Source: Octopus sinensis (taxonomy: Eukaryota). From it: a stretch of DNA of 64,000 nucleotides. Made by a program: the position numbers and the translations under genes. This document shows positions 1 to 12,379 of the stretch, piece after piece. Positions within the stretch are counted from its first letter, which is position 1, and every line of letters begins with the position of its first letter. The notes beneath the pieces are model-generated. The model was given only the letters and a program-made list of their open reading frames with translations. It made no database searches and was not told the origin of the DNA. The stretch covers positions 26,908,001-26,972,000 of the forward strand of contig NC_042999.1 in assembly GCF_006345805.1 (NCBI RefSeq), given 5' to 3'.

Positions 1-1198
1 ATAGACCCTAAGACTACTTCGTCAGAACCACATATTAATGTACTTTGTTGCTTTGGCCTTAAGTAATCATAACAACGTAACGATAATTCTAATGTCAATA
101 CAAGAGAAATCAAAAAGCAAAATTATGATTAGTAAAAGGCAAGCTACTAATATTTGTGAATTTTGCATTCACATAAATATGTAATTGGTTCATAATGTGC
201 AACCAGACCCAGCAAGTAAATATTTGATATATTGATTTAACAGAGTACGTAAATATCTCTAGTCCATATATTCTTTAACATGCCTAACCTAACATTTAGC
301 TGATAAAACTATAGTCCATTGAGAATATTACTAACAAGGTTTATATACTGATAAATATTTGGAACTAAAAATAAATTTTAAATCCTGCGTGGTACTGGCT
401 TCTCATTTAGAATTTTACAGAGATCCCTGATAAACGATAACACATAGAGAGATATAGTTATCAAATAGCTGCCACCAAAATAGTTTGGAGAGTAGACATT
501 GTAGATCGAATGCACTTATAGTGATGCAGAAATAGCCGTCTGCTTCGAACATTCTCATTGCAATCACGCAATTGGGGTTCAGTCCCAATATAATGCAACT
601 TATCACTATGCAGAGATCTATTTTACTCAACCGATCAGATCTGATGTACACAAACACATATACAAGCGCATACACAGAAGCATTCTGACACACACACAAG
701 CATATATTATATATATATATATATATATAAACAATAATAAATCTCTGAACGATATATATATATACATATATGTATACATATATAAAAAAATATTTTTTTA
801 AAATAAATAAATAAAACAAAATTGAAAAATATAGAATAAAAAATATAAATAATAATAATAATAAAATTTTTTTTTTAATAATTAAATAAAATAATAATAA
901 AAATATATGTATATTTATAATTTCTAAGTTTAAATTATTAATTTAAATAATTTCAAAAAAATGTTAACTTTAATTTAAATATTTTAATTGGATTTTTATA
1001 TTTTATATTTAATATTTTATATTTTTAAAATATTTTAAAATTTTATTTCTATGTATTAGCTTATGATTTTCATTGTTTGATTTGCCTAATAGTGGTTTTA
1101 TCTCTAATTTAATATAATATATATTTATACTATAAAATTAGATTTAATCATAAATCTAATTTTTCCCAGTAAGTTTGGATTACTCCCTAATATTATAT

Positions 1199-1432
<234 letters not shown>

Positions 1433-1941
1433 CGTAGGGTGTCTGTGTTCACTAGTCAAGACTTAACTTAGTAATTCAATACGTAACGACTGATAAAATA
1501 AATACTCGAGAAAACATTCACTGAGATGATATGATTAAATTAGTCATTTTTTTTTTGTTAGCATAGCTGTAATGAGTGAAGGTAATAAATTATTATAAAA
1601 GTGGCATGTTGAAACTCTGCAGTCATGTAAATCAAGAACGCATTTTCCGTTTTAGGATCTAAATCTTTTGTTGTTAATCATGCCCTTAATGTGGCAAAGT
1701 AAGATATATTTGTTTCTTATTTTCTATATCCTCGCATTATACTTTCCAAACAAGCAAATTAAAGAATATTTTGAAAGTGATATCTATTTCATCCCTATGT
1801 TATATTATCCATAAATTAGTCACAACCAAGGCATTTGCTCCTGCAAATGAACTAGCTACTCGGGGACCTACAATATTATACAGATTATCCTACCAGCGAT
1901 ATTGTTTCAGTTCCTCTGATGTTTGACCATGAGACAGCAAA

Positions 1942-2055
1942 TGGATCAACCCTCTAATCAAGTTCTTTCATGTTTTATTGTGAAAGGGTTTCGACCACCC
2001 TCATATGACTAAAAGTGGACCGACATATTGCTATTAAATAGACAACTGTCGAGTA
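1942..2055 (+). repeat. 114-bp direct repeat, copy 1 (copy 2 at 3194-3307)
   Basis: TGGATCAACCCTCTAATC...GACAACTGTCGAGTA reads identically at both positions. Confidence 0.95.
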
Positions 2056-2654
2056 CATGGGAAACGGTTCACTGTGAGGCGTTGAATAAGAGTGTTGAGT
2101 CTTTTGTAATAGTAATCGTATTGCATCGTGTAAGCACTTTCTTTCGCCTGAAGGATATTAAAGTGGCGACGAGTTCTTCGAAACTTGCGTTGGCGGTTTA
2201 GATTTTTTTGGTGGTTTTTTTTCGGTACGAAACCAACGAAAGAATCATTTTAACAATGCAGATTTATTGGCTTCCATGATGCAGCTGCACACGTAGATAT
2301 GCAAACATTCGCATCAATCGACACATACACGATCGCCTAAAATTTGCGACGGAAAGGTCGAAAATATTTACGCATATATGTGATAAGTACAGAAATTATC
2401 AGTCTAATTTCTGCGAAGGATATATATTTAATACTGTGGCAAGTCTTCGATAGTCAAACTAAGTGGTTTAGCTCGTGGAAAACTTAGGGATTTCTCATTG
2501 AACCAATCGAATCTAGTTGTATGTAATATAGGGTTTATAGACATAGAAGTATACTCTGATGTTATTGGAATACAAGAGCTTTACCCGCACCCGATAATGT
2601 CATCAAAGTTACAGATACAGGCACACTGAAAATCGAGGTGGTTGACACTATTCT

Positions 2655-3087
2655 GGGATCTTTTCTGTTTGAACGGCAGTTTTTTCTAGTGGCGTCATAT
2701 GAAATTATCACCCATAATTATGACCCTAGTATCGATCTATTGCATTTCAGTCTGTTTTAGGGTTAGGGTTAGTTAGGGTTAGTGTTAGGGGTGGGGGAAG
2801 GGTATCTTTTTTCTCCACAAATTTAAATTAACTTACTCTGTTTCTTAAACGAGGGGCATATTCATACGGCACAGAATGTTTTCACCTCAATAGACGGTGA
2901 TTGATTGGTTGAAATTGCCGAAACACAATAAATTAAAGACCAAATGTCTTACAAACTATAGAATTTTCCCAATAAAGCCAAGAGAAAAAGATGTTTTATA
3001 AACACATTCTACCAGTATACGAAGTTTAAAATTGTTTAGTTAACTAGAAATTATGTTAAAAACTGCCGTTCAAACCGAAAAGATCCC
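2655..3087. mobile_element. MITE / non-autonomous DNA transposon with 30-bp TIRs and an internal TTAGGG-like tract
   Basis: GGGATCTTTTCTGTTTGAACGGCAGTTTTT (2655-2684) and AAAAACTGCCGTTCAAACCGAAAAGATCCC (3058-3087) are inverted repeats with 1 mismatch. Internal TTAGGGTTAGGGTTAGTTAGGGTTAG near 2757-2782. Confidence 0.85.
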
Positions 3088-3193
3088 TAGTCTGGAGTAA
3101 TATACGTAACAGTTCCATGCATATATATATAGTAACATGTAACGCAGAACATACGCGAATTTCCATAAGCCGAACGCTGTTGCTCAAATGAAT

Positions 3194-3307
3194 TGGATCA
3201 ACCCTCTAATCAAGTTCTTTCATGTTTTATTGTGAAAGGGTTTCGACCACCCTCATATGACTAAAAGTGGACCGACATATTGCTATTAAATAGACAACTG
3301 TCGAGTA
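3194..3307 (+). repeat. 114-bp direct repeat, copy 2
   Basis: Identical to 1942-2055. Confidence 0.95.
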
Positions 3308-3544
3308 TCTATTTCTATCTATCTATCACTTTTTCCAGGTATTAGCGACAAAAAGGTAATATGAACTTGTTGCATATCCATACGTACGCCAGTCAAGTAT
3401 TTTATGAGTGAACAATATGATATAGAGAACCTTGAGAGAGTGCAAGCTTTTTTTGTTATTAAATAACATCACTAGCAATTTGCACGCCAGCCTATCATGT
3501 AATATGATGGTTACCCTCGAACTGTGTGCAATATTAGAGCTTGG

Positions 3545-3934
3545 GTAGTGGAGGCGAAATGGCCCAGTGGTTAGGGCAGCGGACTCGCGGTCGTAGGATC
3601 GCGGTTTCGATTCCCAGACCGGGCGTTGTGAGTGTTTATTGAACGAAAACACCTAAAGCTCTACGTGGCTCCGGCAGGGGATGGTGGTAATCCCTGCTGT
3701 ACTCTTTCACCACAACTTTCTCTCACTCTTTCTTCCTGTTTCTGTTGTACCTGTATTTCAAAGGGCCGGCCTTGCCACTCTCTGTGTCACGCTGAATATC
3801 CCCGAGAACTACGTTAAGGGTACACGTGTCTGTGGAGTGCTCAGCCACTTACACGTTAATTTCACGAGCAGGCTGTTCCGTTGGTCGGATCAACCGGAAC
3901 CCTCATCGTCGTAACCGACGGAGTGCTTCCATCC
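3545..3934 (+). mobile_element. tRNA-derived SINE, family B, full length
   Basis: tRNA-like head with A box (TGGCCCAGTGG) and B box (GTTTCGATTCC); 12-bp TSD ATTAGAGCTTGG at 3533-3544 and 3935-3946; second copy at 13549. Confidence 0.92.
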
Positions 3935-5216
3935 ATTAGAGCTTGGACTGTATACCCGGCCAAAATATTTCAGTAATGAACTGCATTTAAAAATTTTGTA
4001 TATTTGTATATATTCATAAATATGTATATTAAGATTTCTCTCCTCTCTCGCCTTCTTTCTCACTCTCTCTCTCTTCCCCTCTCTCTCACATTCTCTCTGT
4101 ATGTATGTGTGTACTTATAGACATAAACGACCTCTCACACACTCACATACACATGCATATATTTGTCATCTACTGCAATGCTTTCTGAAGTGCTAATATC
4201 TGGCATTAACATATGTAATATCTATATGCACAATACAAGGTTATCTCCTTGGATTTATTTAGCATCTTAGTTTACCATCCTACTTTTTGTTTGAGTTGTG
4301 AACTTATAATGTAGTCAGTAGTAATTATTATTTGCCGATGATCATACTCATACTAGACTTATCAACTTGAATTTCTGAGCAACTTCACTCAAAATTGTAA
4401 TAATGGGGACACGAGTTATTTACTGCGTATATATCCTTATAAAATTTATTTAATAATGATTTTATATTCATTGAAATGTACGATAGTAAATTGAACATTA
4501 AGCTAACATAGACCTGTCATAAAATTCATAAATATATGACTGATGATGTGTCTACAAAATGCTCAAAATTCAAATCCTAGCAGTAGTGGCTATATGATTT
4601 AAACTAGATCTACTATAGCAAAAAAATAAAAAATAAAAAATAACCGTTTCTGTATGTAAGTATAATATTGCTTAAAATTCTGATGATTGACTGAGGAATT
4701 TTAATATTCCAAACGTAGAGCACATATCTCACAGGCGTATAGTCAAAACATCGCTCATAAAAATGATAGAAAAGAAACTTCATGTATATTTTAACATATA
4801 TTCAGATAAATATACACACTATATATACATGCATTCACACATATATACGTACATATATAGATGTTTCCTTGTTCCTTTTTAATGTTCAACTGCCAGATGC
4901 ATATGACAGCTGTCTTAGCTGACATACCGACACATATTTTATTTTCTTTATTGAAATATCAGCTGATGTCTCTTGTTAGTATCCCAGCAAAGAAGAAACA
5001 TGAATTGATAGATGTGTCTGGAAAAATAGGTAAACAAAATTTACATCAATTTTATATTCGAATATTTTCGAGTTCGTCACTCACCTACTTTATCGTCTAT
5101 ACTTTGTCACAGCTCTGATATTTTTAATGTAGTTGAACTGATTTATTGAGCACTTTTGTGAAACGAGCCACGATAATATTGATGTTGTAAAAGTTTTGTT
5201 AGTATGTAATTTCACA

Positions 5217-5407
<191 letters not shown>

Positions 5408-5420
5408 TATATATATATAT

Positions 5421-6100
5421 ACAATTATTTACCGGTAAATTTCGGTATGCAAATACGACAAATTAATTGTCAGGACCTTTGTAAGGTTCAGTATATAGTA
5501 AAGAAAAAATAAGAAGGTTAACAGCAGGCTGTTTCACCTCATACCGAAGGAATTAGAAATGGCAGTCAAAGACCGTTTTTCCAATTTCTATAAGTGGAGA
5601 ATCCAAAAACGAAGGCCCTTACGGCTCACATACACAAAACCGGAGTGGCAAATTCAGTCACTTACCGTTAATAGCGAACATATGTTTCTGGATCGCAAAC
5701 ATAGAAATCAGTTTGAATTCCGTCATCGGCGCTATATTCGATAGCTTTACTAAATGCCACTAGCCCTCACTTCTGACCCAGCGACATCAGATAGTGGGGG
5801 GAAGAGTGCAGATGTTAAAACTAAGTGGCGACTGGGAACGTAAATTTCCCTCCAAAATTCTGCCATGCGCGCTTTCTGGGTAATCGTAATGGAATGAGGA
5901 ATCCACATGGTAATTCAATAAAAATGGTAAATAATTTTCCTGTGGTTTATTGTGTAACCAACAATTATTTACCGGTAAATTTCGGTATGAAAATACGACA
6001 AATTAATTGTCAGGACCTTTGTAAGGTTTAAAATTTACCGGTAAATAATTGTTGGTTACACGATAAACCACAGGAAAATTATTTACCATTTTTATTGAAT
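5421..6100. mobile_element. Rearranged non-autonomous DNA-transposon-like element with direct and inverted repeats
   Basis: 68-bp direct repeat at 5421-5488 and 5961-6028 (1 mismatch); 70-bp inverted repeat at 5913-5982 and 6031-6100 (1 mismatch). Confidence 0.6.
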
Positions 6101-6411
6101 AAAATATTGATAGATCCATATACTGTTATCTTCAGTTTGGTATTATTTTACAGAAAACAATTAGCTTGGTAAATAGCAGCTACAAATGAAATAGCCAGCG
6201 AGGCTCTAAAAAGTCAATTCGTATAATAATCGGTTATTCATACTAGCTACAAAACATACAAATCGCTCCATTCTTCAACTCACGCTCTCTCCCTCTCACT
6301 CTCTCGCTTTGCCTCTAACTCGTTGTCCTCTGTGTATTTGCACATAAAATGATGCACATAACTATACACATATGGGTCTATCTATCTATCTATATATCTC
6401 TCTATTTATCT

Positions 6412-6640
6412 CTTCTTTTATTCTGTTATTCTTTTGCTTGCTTCAGTCATTTGACTGCCACCTTGCTGGAAGACCTCTTTAAAGGGTGTTAGCCAAAGAA
6501 ATCGATCCCGGGCCTTATTCTTTGTGTGCCTAGTACTTATTCTATCGGACTTTGTTGTCGAACCGCTAAGGTATGTGAATATAGGCACACCAGCACTGGT
6601 TGGCAAACGATGGTGAGGGTACAAGCGCAGATACATACAC
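6412..6640 (-). mobile_element. SINE family C, 3' half (diverged)
   Basis: Matches the 3' part of the copies at 9591 and 32587 (TTCAGTCATTTGACTGC...GTACTTATTCTATCG...GAACCGCTAAG). Confidence 0.85.
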
Positions 6641-6670
6641 ACAAATATAAATAAATATATGTATATATAT

Positions 6671-6717
<47 letters not shown>

Positions 6718-6759
6718 TATATATATACATACACACACACACACACACACATATTATTT

Positions 6760-7183
6760 TATTCTCTTATTTGTTTCAGTCATTTGATTGCAACCATGAT
6801 AGAGCACCACTTGCAATGATGTTAGCCGAATATATCGACACTAGGACTTCTTTTTAAGCGCAGTACTTATTCTATTGGTCGCTTGCGCTGAACCACTAAG
6901 TTACGGCCATGTAAGCACACTAACACCAGTTCTAGAGCCGTGGTGGATTGACAAATATAGAGACACAGAAACACACATAGGTATACACATACTGTACATA
7001 CATACATATATACATATATACATATATATATAGATATACGACGGGTTTCTTTCAGTTTCCTTCTACCAAATACACCCTCAAGGCTTTGGTCAGCTCGAGG
7101 CTACAGCAGGTGGTCCCACGCTGTGGAAATGAAACCGGAAACATGTGGGAAGCAAGCTTCTTAACACGCAGCCACTCCTGCTC

Positions 7184-7185
<2 letters not shown>
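6760..7185 (-). mobile_element. SINE family C, older full-length copy
   Basis: Tail TTTGTTTCAGTCATTTGA, central CA/TA microsatellite, head ...GCAGCCACTCCTGC; collinear with 32587-32997. Confidence 0.85.
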
Positions 7186-7225
<40 letters not shown>

Positions 7226-7460
7226 ACTCACACATAATGATGTGTAATCGTACGATCCAGTGATCTGGGTGTAGGAAGTCAGTAAGATTCGAGCAATCTG
7301 TAGGAAGCATAAAAATCAATTTTGAGGAATAGTAAATTATTGGCGCAGAAGGATTTTTTGGGGTTTTTTTTTCCCATATCGATGTTCGATAAATTCAAAA
7401 CAGTGTCTTTTGTAGTTCATGACTAACAACCAGCGTTTTTATGAATGCGAATAAAAATCC

Positions 7461-7725
7461 AAATTCAGAGAATGCAGCACGTAAAATCCAGGCTGCATAT
7501 GTTTCCTAGCTAGCAGCACCTTATCCGGATGTAATTATTACTCATCAGGACGGAGATAGCTTGGTTAAATGAAGGTTACATTGTCGTCAAGGAATCGTAA
7601 GTTAACTCGCAGAAGATGCAATTTAAAAGAGAGAGTATCTCGAGTTGTGTAATTCTAATTTCCGAGATTCTGCTAGCTATAAAACATATGTAGCCTAGAT
7701 TTTACCTTGTTCCTTCCCTAAGTTT
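7461..7725. mobile_element. MITE with about 50-bp TIRs, copy 1 (diverged)
   Basis: TAAAATCCAGGCTGCATATGTTTCCTAGCTAGC and its inverted partner GCTAGCTATAAAACATATGTAGCCTAGATTTTA; homologous to 7769-8030. Confidence 0.65.
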
Positions 7726-7768
7726 CGATATGTGTATATGTATGTATGTATATATAAATATATATACA

Positions 7769-8030
7769 AAATTTAGGAAATGGAGTAGATAAAATCCAGG
7801 CTTCATATGTTTCGTAGCTAGCACAACCTCTGAAGTAATAATTGCCCAAACGAAGTGCAAACCGCTACCTAGCAACTCGTCAGAACAAAGATACCTTCAT
7901 TTGACTAAGTTACCTTTGGCCTGACCAGTAGCTAGTGGAGTACCCCTTTTTAGTTTATAAGAAATACTGAGTTTTTGCTGGCTATGAAGCATATGTAGCC
8001 TAGATTGTGTCTACTCCATTCCCTAAATTT
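7769..8030. mobile_element. MITE with about 50-bp TIRs, copy 2
   Basis: AAATTTAGGAAATGGAGTAGA (7769-7789) vs TCTACTCCATTCCCTAAATTT (8010-8030), 1 mismatch; imperfect pairing continues inward about 30 bp. Confidence 0.75.
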
Positions 8031-8583
8031 GGATTTTATTTGCATACATAACAATCGCAGTTGCTCATCGGCTTATCGAACTTCGATATGGGAAAAACCT
8101 ATGGACTTCTACGTCGAAAAACCACAATTGTCCCAGCAAGTTGTTTTATACATTGTACGTATTGCTCAAATATTACTAAATTCATACAACTCGCACACAC
8201 ACGCACACACACATACAAAAACACACACATGCAAACACACACACACATACGCACACACACAGAGGCATAAATAGTAGCTTCGTAGCAAGTTTTCAAACGA
8301 AAGGCAAAATTATATGAAATCAGTGAATGATTTCTACGGTGATATTACAAGCTGACAAATGTAGTTGAGTTTAACCGAAGACGCAGGTGAGAGCCACGGA
8401 CAAGCATTAATGTAAATGTGACATCACTGGTGATCTGGCTATGCCAGGTGCTTAGAGAGCTCTCCTCTCTTGTCACTTAATAAGACGGTGTGTTATTGTG
8501 GCTATGAGTAGTTTTGTCTATTATTTCCAGCAATACTGGTGCTGAGTAGAGCCTCAGTCGCTTTAGTGACGTACACACAGACA

Positions 8584-8668
<85 letters not shown>

Positions 8669-8669
<1 letters not shown>

Positions 8670-9181
8670 TAGCAGTATCGCCCGGCGTTGCTCGGGTTTG
8701 TAAGGGAAATAACTATATAAGCATTTTTAGAGAGTTACTTCCCTTATAGATGCCAATTCGGGCTTTCTTAGCCATTTCTGTTTTGGTGTCTTCAAGCCAT
8801 GAAGTCGTTGTTCTAAAAGAGTGCTGGTCTCCTTGACAACGCTTTACGACGTTGATTTCCTTACACTCCCTTCCCTACAGCTTCCCGAGGGAGGGAAGAA
8901 GGGGGAGAAGCAAACAGGTGCAGGTGTGACAATGGACGCCAACTCCGCCGCCATCGACACACGAAAAATTATGCATTAAAATGGAATAAAAAATTATGTT
9001 AAATTATTTTTAAAATCGTAGACTCATCGTAGACGCGCGCTAATACTCAGACGGGCTCGATATGAATCGCGACTATAAGATACCCGAATTTGGTTAAACT
9101 GCACCGCAAAATGTGGGAGTAGTTAGGAATCTAAATCGAAGGGGACAGACACTCACACAACTACAGTTTTGTATATATAGA
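8669..9181 (-). mobile_element. Non-autonomous Helitron, 513 bp
   Basis: Minus strand reads A|TCTATATAT...CCCGAGCAACGCCGGG-CGATACTG-CTAG|T: 5' TC, subterminal GC-rich hairpin, 3' CTAG, inserted in an AT dinucleotide, no TSD. Confidence 0.8.
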
Positions 9182-9590
9182 TATCCATATATAACCGTGA
9201 GCAGATATATAATGACTACTCGGAGATTTCAAACGTGAGAGGTTACTTTTTGGGAGCTGAAAACTTCTACTTCATTCCTCACTAAATTGAAAAGGTGAGC
9301 TCAGCATCCAATTTAATCTATGATATCGTTTCTCACTCGCGTGCTCTCGTAGGGTATCAATCAAACACTTCATAACTGAACAATTGTTGCCAAAATACCC
9401 GCATGTATATAATCGCCAAATGTGAAGACAAACGTCATTAAAGATTGAAATTTAATTTCTACTTTTAAATGCCCCCGACCTTTTAGGTTCATCATTGTTT
9501 ATGTATACACACAGGCACACACAAACACACACACACAAACAAGCACACACCCATATATACATAGGTATGTGTGAACGTTTGAGGGTTCTA

Positions 9591-9790
9591 CTCTTACTCT
9601 TTACTCTTTTACTTGTTTCAGTCATTTGACTGCGGCCATGCTGGAGCACCGCCTTTAGTCGAGCAAATCGACCCCGGGACTTATACTTTGTAAGCCCAGT
9701 ACTTATTCTATCGGTCTCTTTTGCCGAACCGCTAAGTGACGGGGACGTAAACCAACCAGCATCGGTTGTCAAGCAATGCTAGGGGGACAA

Positions 9791-9883
<93 letters not shown>

Positions 9884-10004
9884 ACATATATACGACAGGC
9901 TTCTTTCAGTTTCCGTCTACCAAATCCACTCACAAGGCATTGGTCGGCCCGGGGCCATAGTAGAAGCCACTTGCCCAAGGTGCCACGCAGTTTGGTGTTA
10001 CCCA
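9591..10004 (-). mobile_element. SINE family C, 5'-truncated, with TSD
   Basis: 14-bp TSD GTTTGAGGGTTCTA at 9577-9590 and 10005-10018; close match to 32587-32997 up to CCACGCAG, then 14 unrelated nt. Confidence 0.92.
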
Positions 10005-11514
10005 GTTTGAGGGTTCTATTAGTAATACATTTTATAAATAAATCATATTCGGGTTTGAGCCCATTTATTGATAGTGTCGCTTGATTAAATGATATTTGTT
10101 TTGAATGAATTGAGTACTCAGATTTCAAACGCAAATTCATAATATGTAGTCTAATCACCAATCGAATAAACATAGGTACACACATGCACTGACTGGTTTA
10201 CAACTACATTTGTGTTACTTGCACTATAGGCTACTTGGCAATCCTTGTCTCTTCAAGTATGATATTAACGATTGCTTCATTTCCTCTAAGCCAATCCTTT
10301 TCTCCCGCACCATCACTGTACTGTTTACATTATAATTAACCATTCAATACCTCTGTGGTTATGTATTTTATAGAAGATACTTATTTGATGCGAATTCTGG
10401 CTTAGCTCTGGTAATTAAAGAAAGTTGATTTACGTGTTCTCATTGAAACTGATATGATAACAACTTTCTCAATTATCACCCTCGGCATATAGATGAAAGA
10501 TAGGATGAATTAGGAAACAGGTGAATAAGTGAGTTCATAACCTTAGTTTAGAAATAAATATTTCTTGTTCGATTTTAATCCACTCTTGTGTTTATTGGCC
10601 TATCCATATATAGGAATGTTGATGACGTTTGATGAACTAAATTGAGCCGATTTATATACTAAAACGTTCCACTGTAGGTAAGGCCCAAATAATGACAACC
10701 TTATTAACAACAACATATCTTAAACAATGCCACTTCTATGAGGTGTTTGTTCATATTCTCAAATACCATAATGATAATTTGCTTTTTGAAACCTTGCAAA
10801 AGAGGTACAACAATATTGAAAGGTTTGAAATATATCGACTCTGAAGAACGTTTATGGTTCCTGTGTCAATGATCCGAATGAGGTCTTCAAACTTTAAATT
10901 ACATATATTTCAAGTCAGCAAGATTACCTTTCCCGTCAGAAGTATGTGAGATATACGTTGGGAGCAGAGGTTTGTATTGACAAAAGGACACAGAGTGAGA
11001 AAAATGGAAAGTGCTGTACATCGAATAGATATTTCTAACGCTAACACTGAAGTGTTAAATATCAAGGCGGGAAAAATATCTCGAAAGAGGAAGAAGAAAT
11101 AATTTTTTCACATGTGTTTTCACACACGCCCAGCATTAATGAATGCTAAAGACATAAACTAATATTCTGACGTACACAAACATAACTGTGGAAATTTATT
11201 AATGTATCATATAACAAACTGTAGCCAGGAGAGCAGAATCAACTATTGTCAATTTATTATCTCAAAAAAAAAAAGAAAGAAAGAAAAACGACAGATGTTA
11301 CCCGAACTTTAAAACTTCATTACATTGAATTACACAAGTAGTGAATCAACTCAGTGTTACCAATTGTTACATGACAGCAGAAACAAAAATATGATATATG
11401 TGTTTCTGCAAAGTCTCCGGTCTGGCGAGGTCGATGGGAGAAGAGAATTACTACAACAATCTCTTGATTTTTTTAGGCATTGTCTCTCAGAATATATGGG
11501 CATCGAATATATAT

Positions 11515-11749
11515 ATTTCTTTATTGCCCATAAGGGGCTAAACATAGAGATGACAAACAAGGACAGACAAAGGGATTAAGTCGTTTTACATCGACCCCAG
11601 TGCGTAACTGGTACTTAATTTATCAACCCCGAAAGGATGAAAGGCAAAGTCGACCTCGGCGGAGTTTGAACTCACAACGTAACGACAGACGAAATACGGC
11701 TACGCATTTCGCCCAGCGTGCTAACGTTTCTACCAGCTCGCCGCCATCA
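11515..11749 (-). mobile_element. SINE family D, full length, with TSD
   Basis: 15-bp TSD GCATCGAATATATAT at 11500-11514 and 11750-11764; head GGCGGCGAGCTGGTAGAAACGTTAGC, B-box-like GAGTTCAAA, tail AAAGAAATA on the minus strand. Confidence 0.92.
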
Positions 11750-11923
11750 GCATCGAATATATATGTCATCAGAAATAATTTCCAAGCAGCTAGTCATATG
11801 TGAACCTAATACTTTTACAATGCAGAAAAAAATATTTGAATCAAACCATGTAAATACCTGGAAGAGTTTATGTGAAATTTTTCAGTATCTCTTTTCAATA
11901 TATGTTATATGAAATTCAAAATA

Positions 11924-12119
11924 ACATATATATTCGATGCTGATGGCGGCGAGCTGGTAGAAACGTTAGCACGCTGGGCGAAATGCGTAGCCGTATTTCG
12001 TCTGTCGTTACGTTGTGAGTTCAAACTACGCCGAGGTCGACTTTGCCTTTCATCCTTTCGGGGTCGATAAATTAAGTACCAGTTACGCACTGGGGTCGAT
12101 GTAAAACGACTTAATCCCT
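11924..12119 (+). repeat. Inverted duplicate of 11571-11766 (SINE D body plus 21 bp of flank)
   Basis: 196-bp arms, 2 mismatches by eye, 157-bp spacer. Confidence 0.93.
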
Positions 12120-12379
12120 AACATACATTTAGATATTATTTAACAGGGGTGGGGATTGGGGGCGACGTGTTTCACTTTTCAAGACATGCAAGTAACAAGT
12201 TTGAAGATTTAAAAATATATTGTTTTATGTGTGTATACATACATAGGTACGTAGGTAAATTCATGCATATATAACATACATACATACATGCATACGTACA
12301 TACATATTTGTAAGGTCCAAGGATATAGAGAATTTATGTAATACTCTTAGAACAAAAAAAATTATTACATACATTCTAT

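Noticed and set aside
840-1190. Extremely AT-rich block that might be organellar or viral DNA
   Set aside because: No rRNA, tRNA or protein motifs could be read on either strand.
2145-2195. Hammerhead-like CTGAAGG...TTCGAAAC-TTGC-GTT-GGCG
   Set aside because: A9 is absent, stem II does not pair well and stem I is out of register; at most a decayed remnant.
2757-2790. Interstitial telomere or fusion scar
   Set aside because: Only a few TTAGGG units, lying inside a TIR-bounded element.
3545-3625. tRNA-like sequence (also at 13549, 50560-50640 and 56985-57065)
   Set aside because: These are SINE heads: they continue into a shared body, have TSDs and lack a properly paired acceptor stem.
3632-3914. 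ORFs repeated almost identically at 13633-13885 (and 50296-50562 vs 56653-56988)
   Set aside because: They look like paralogous small genes but are only open frames inside SINE copies.
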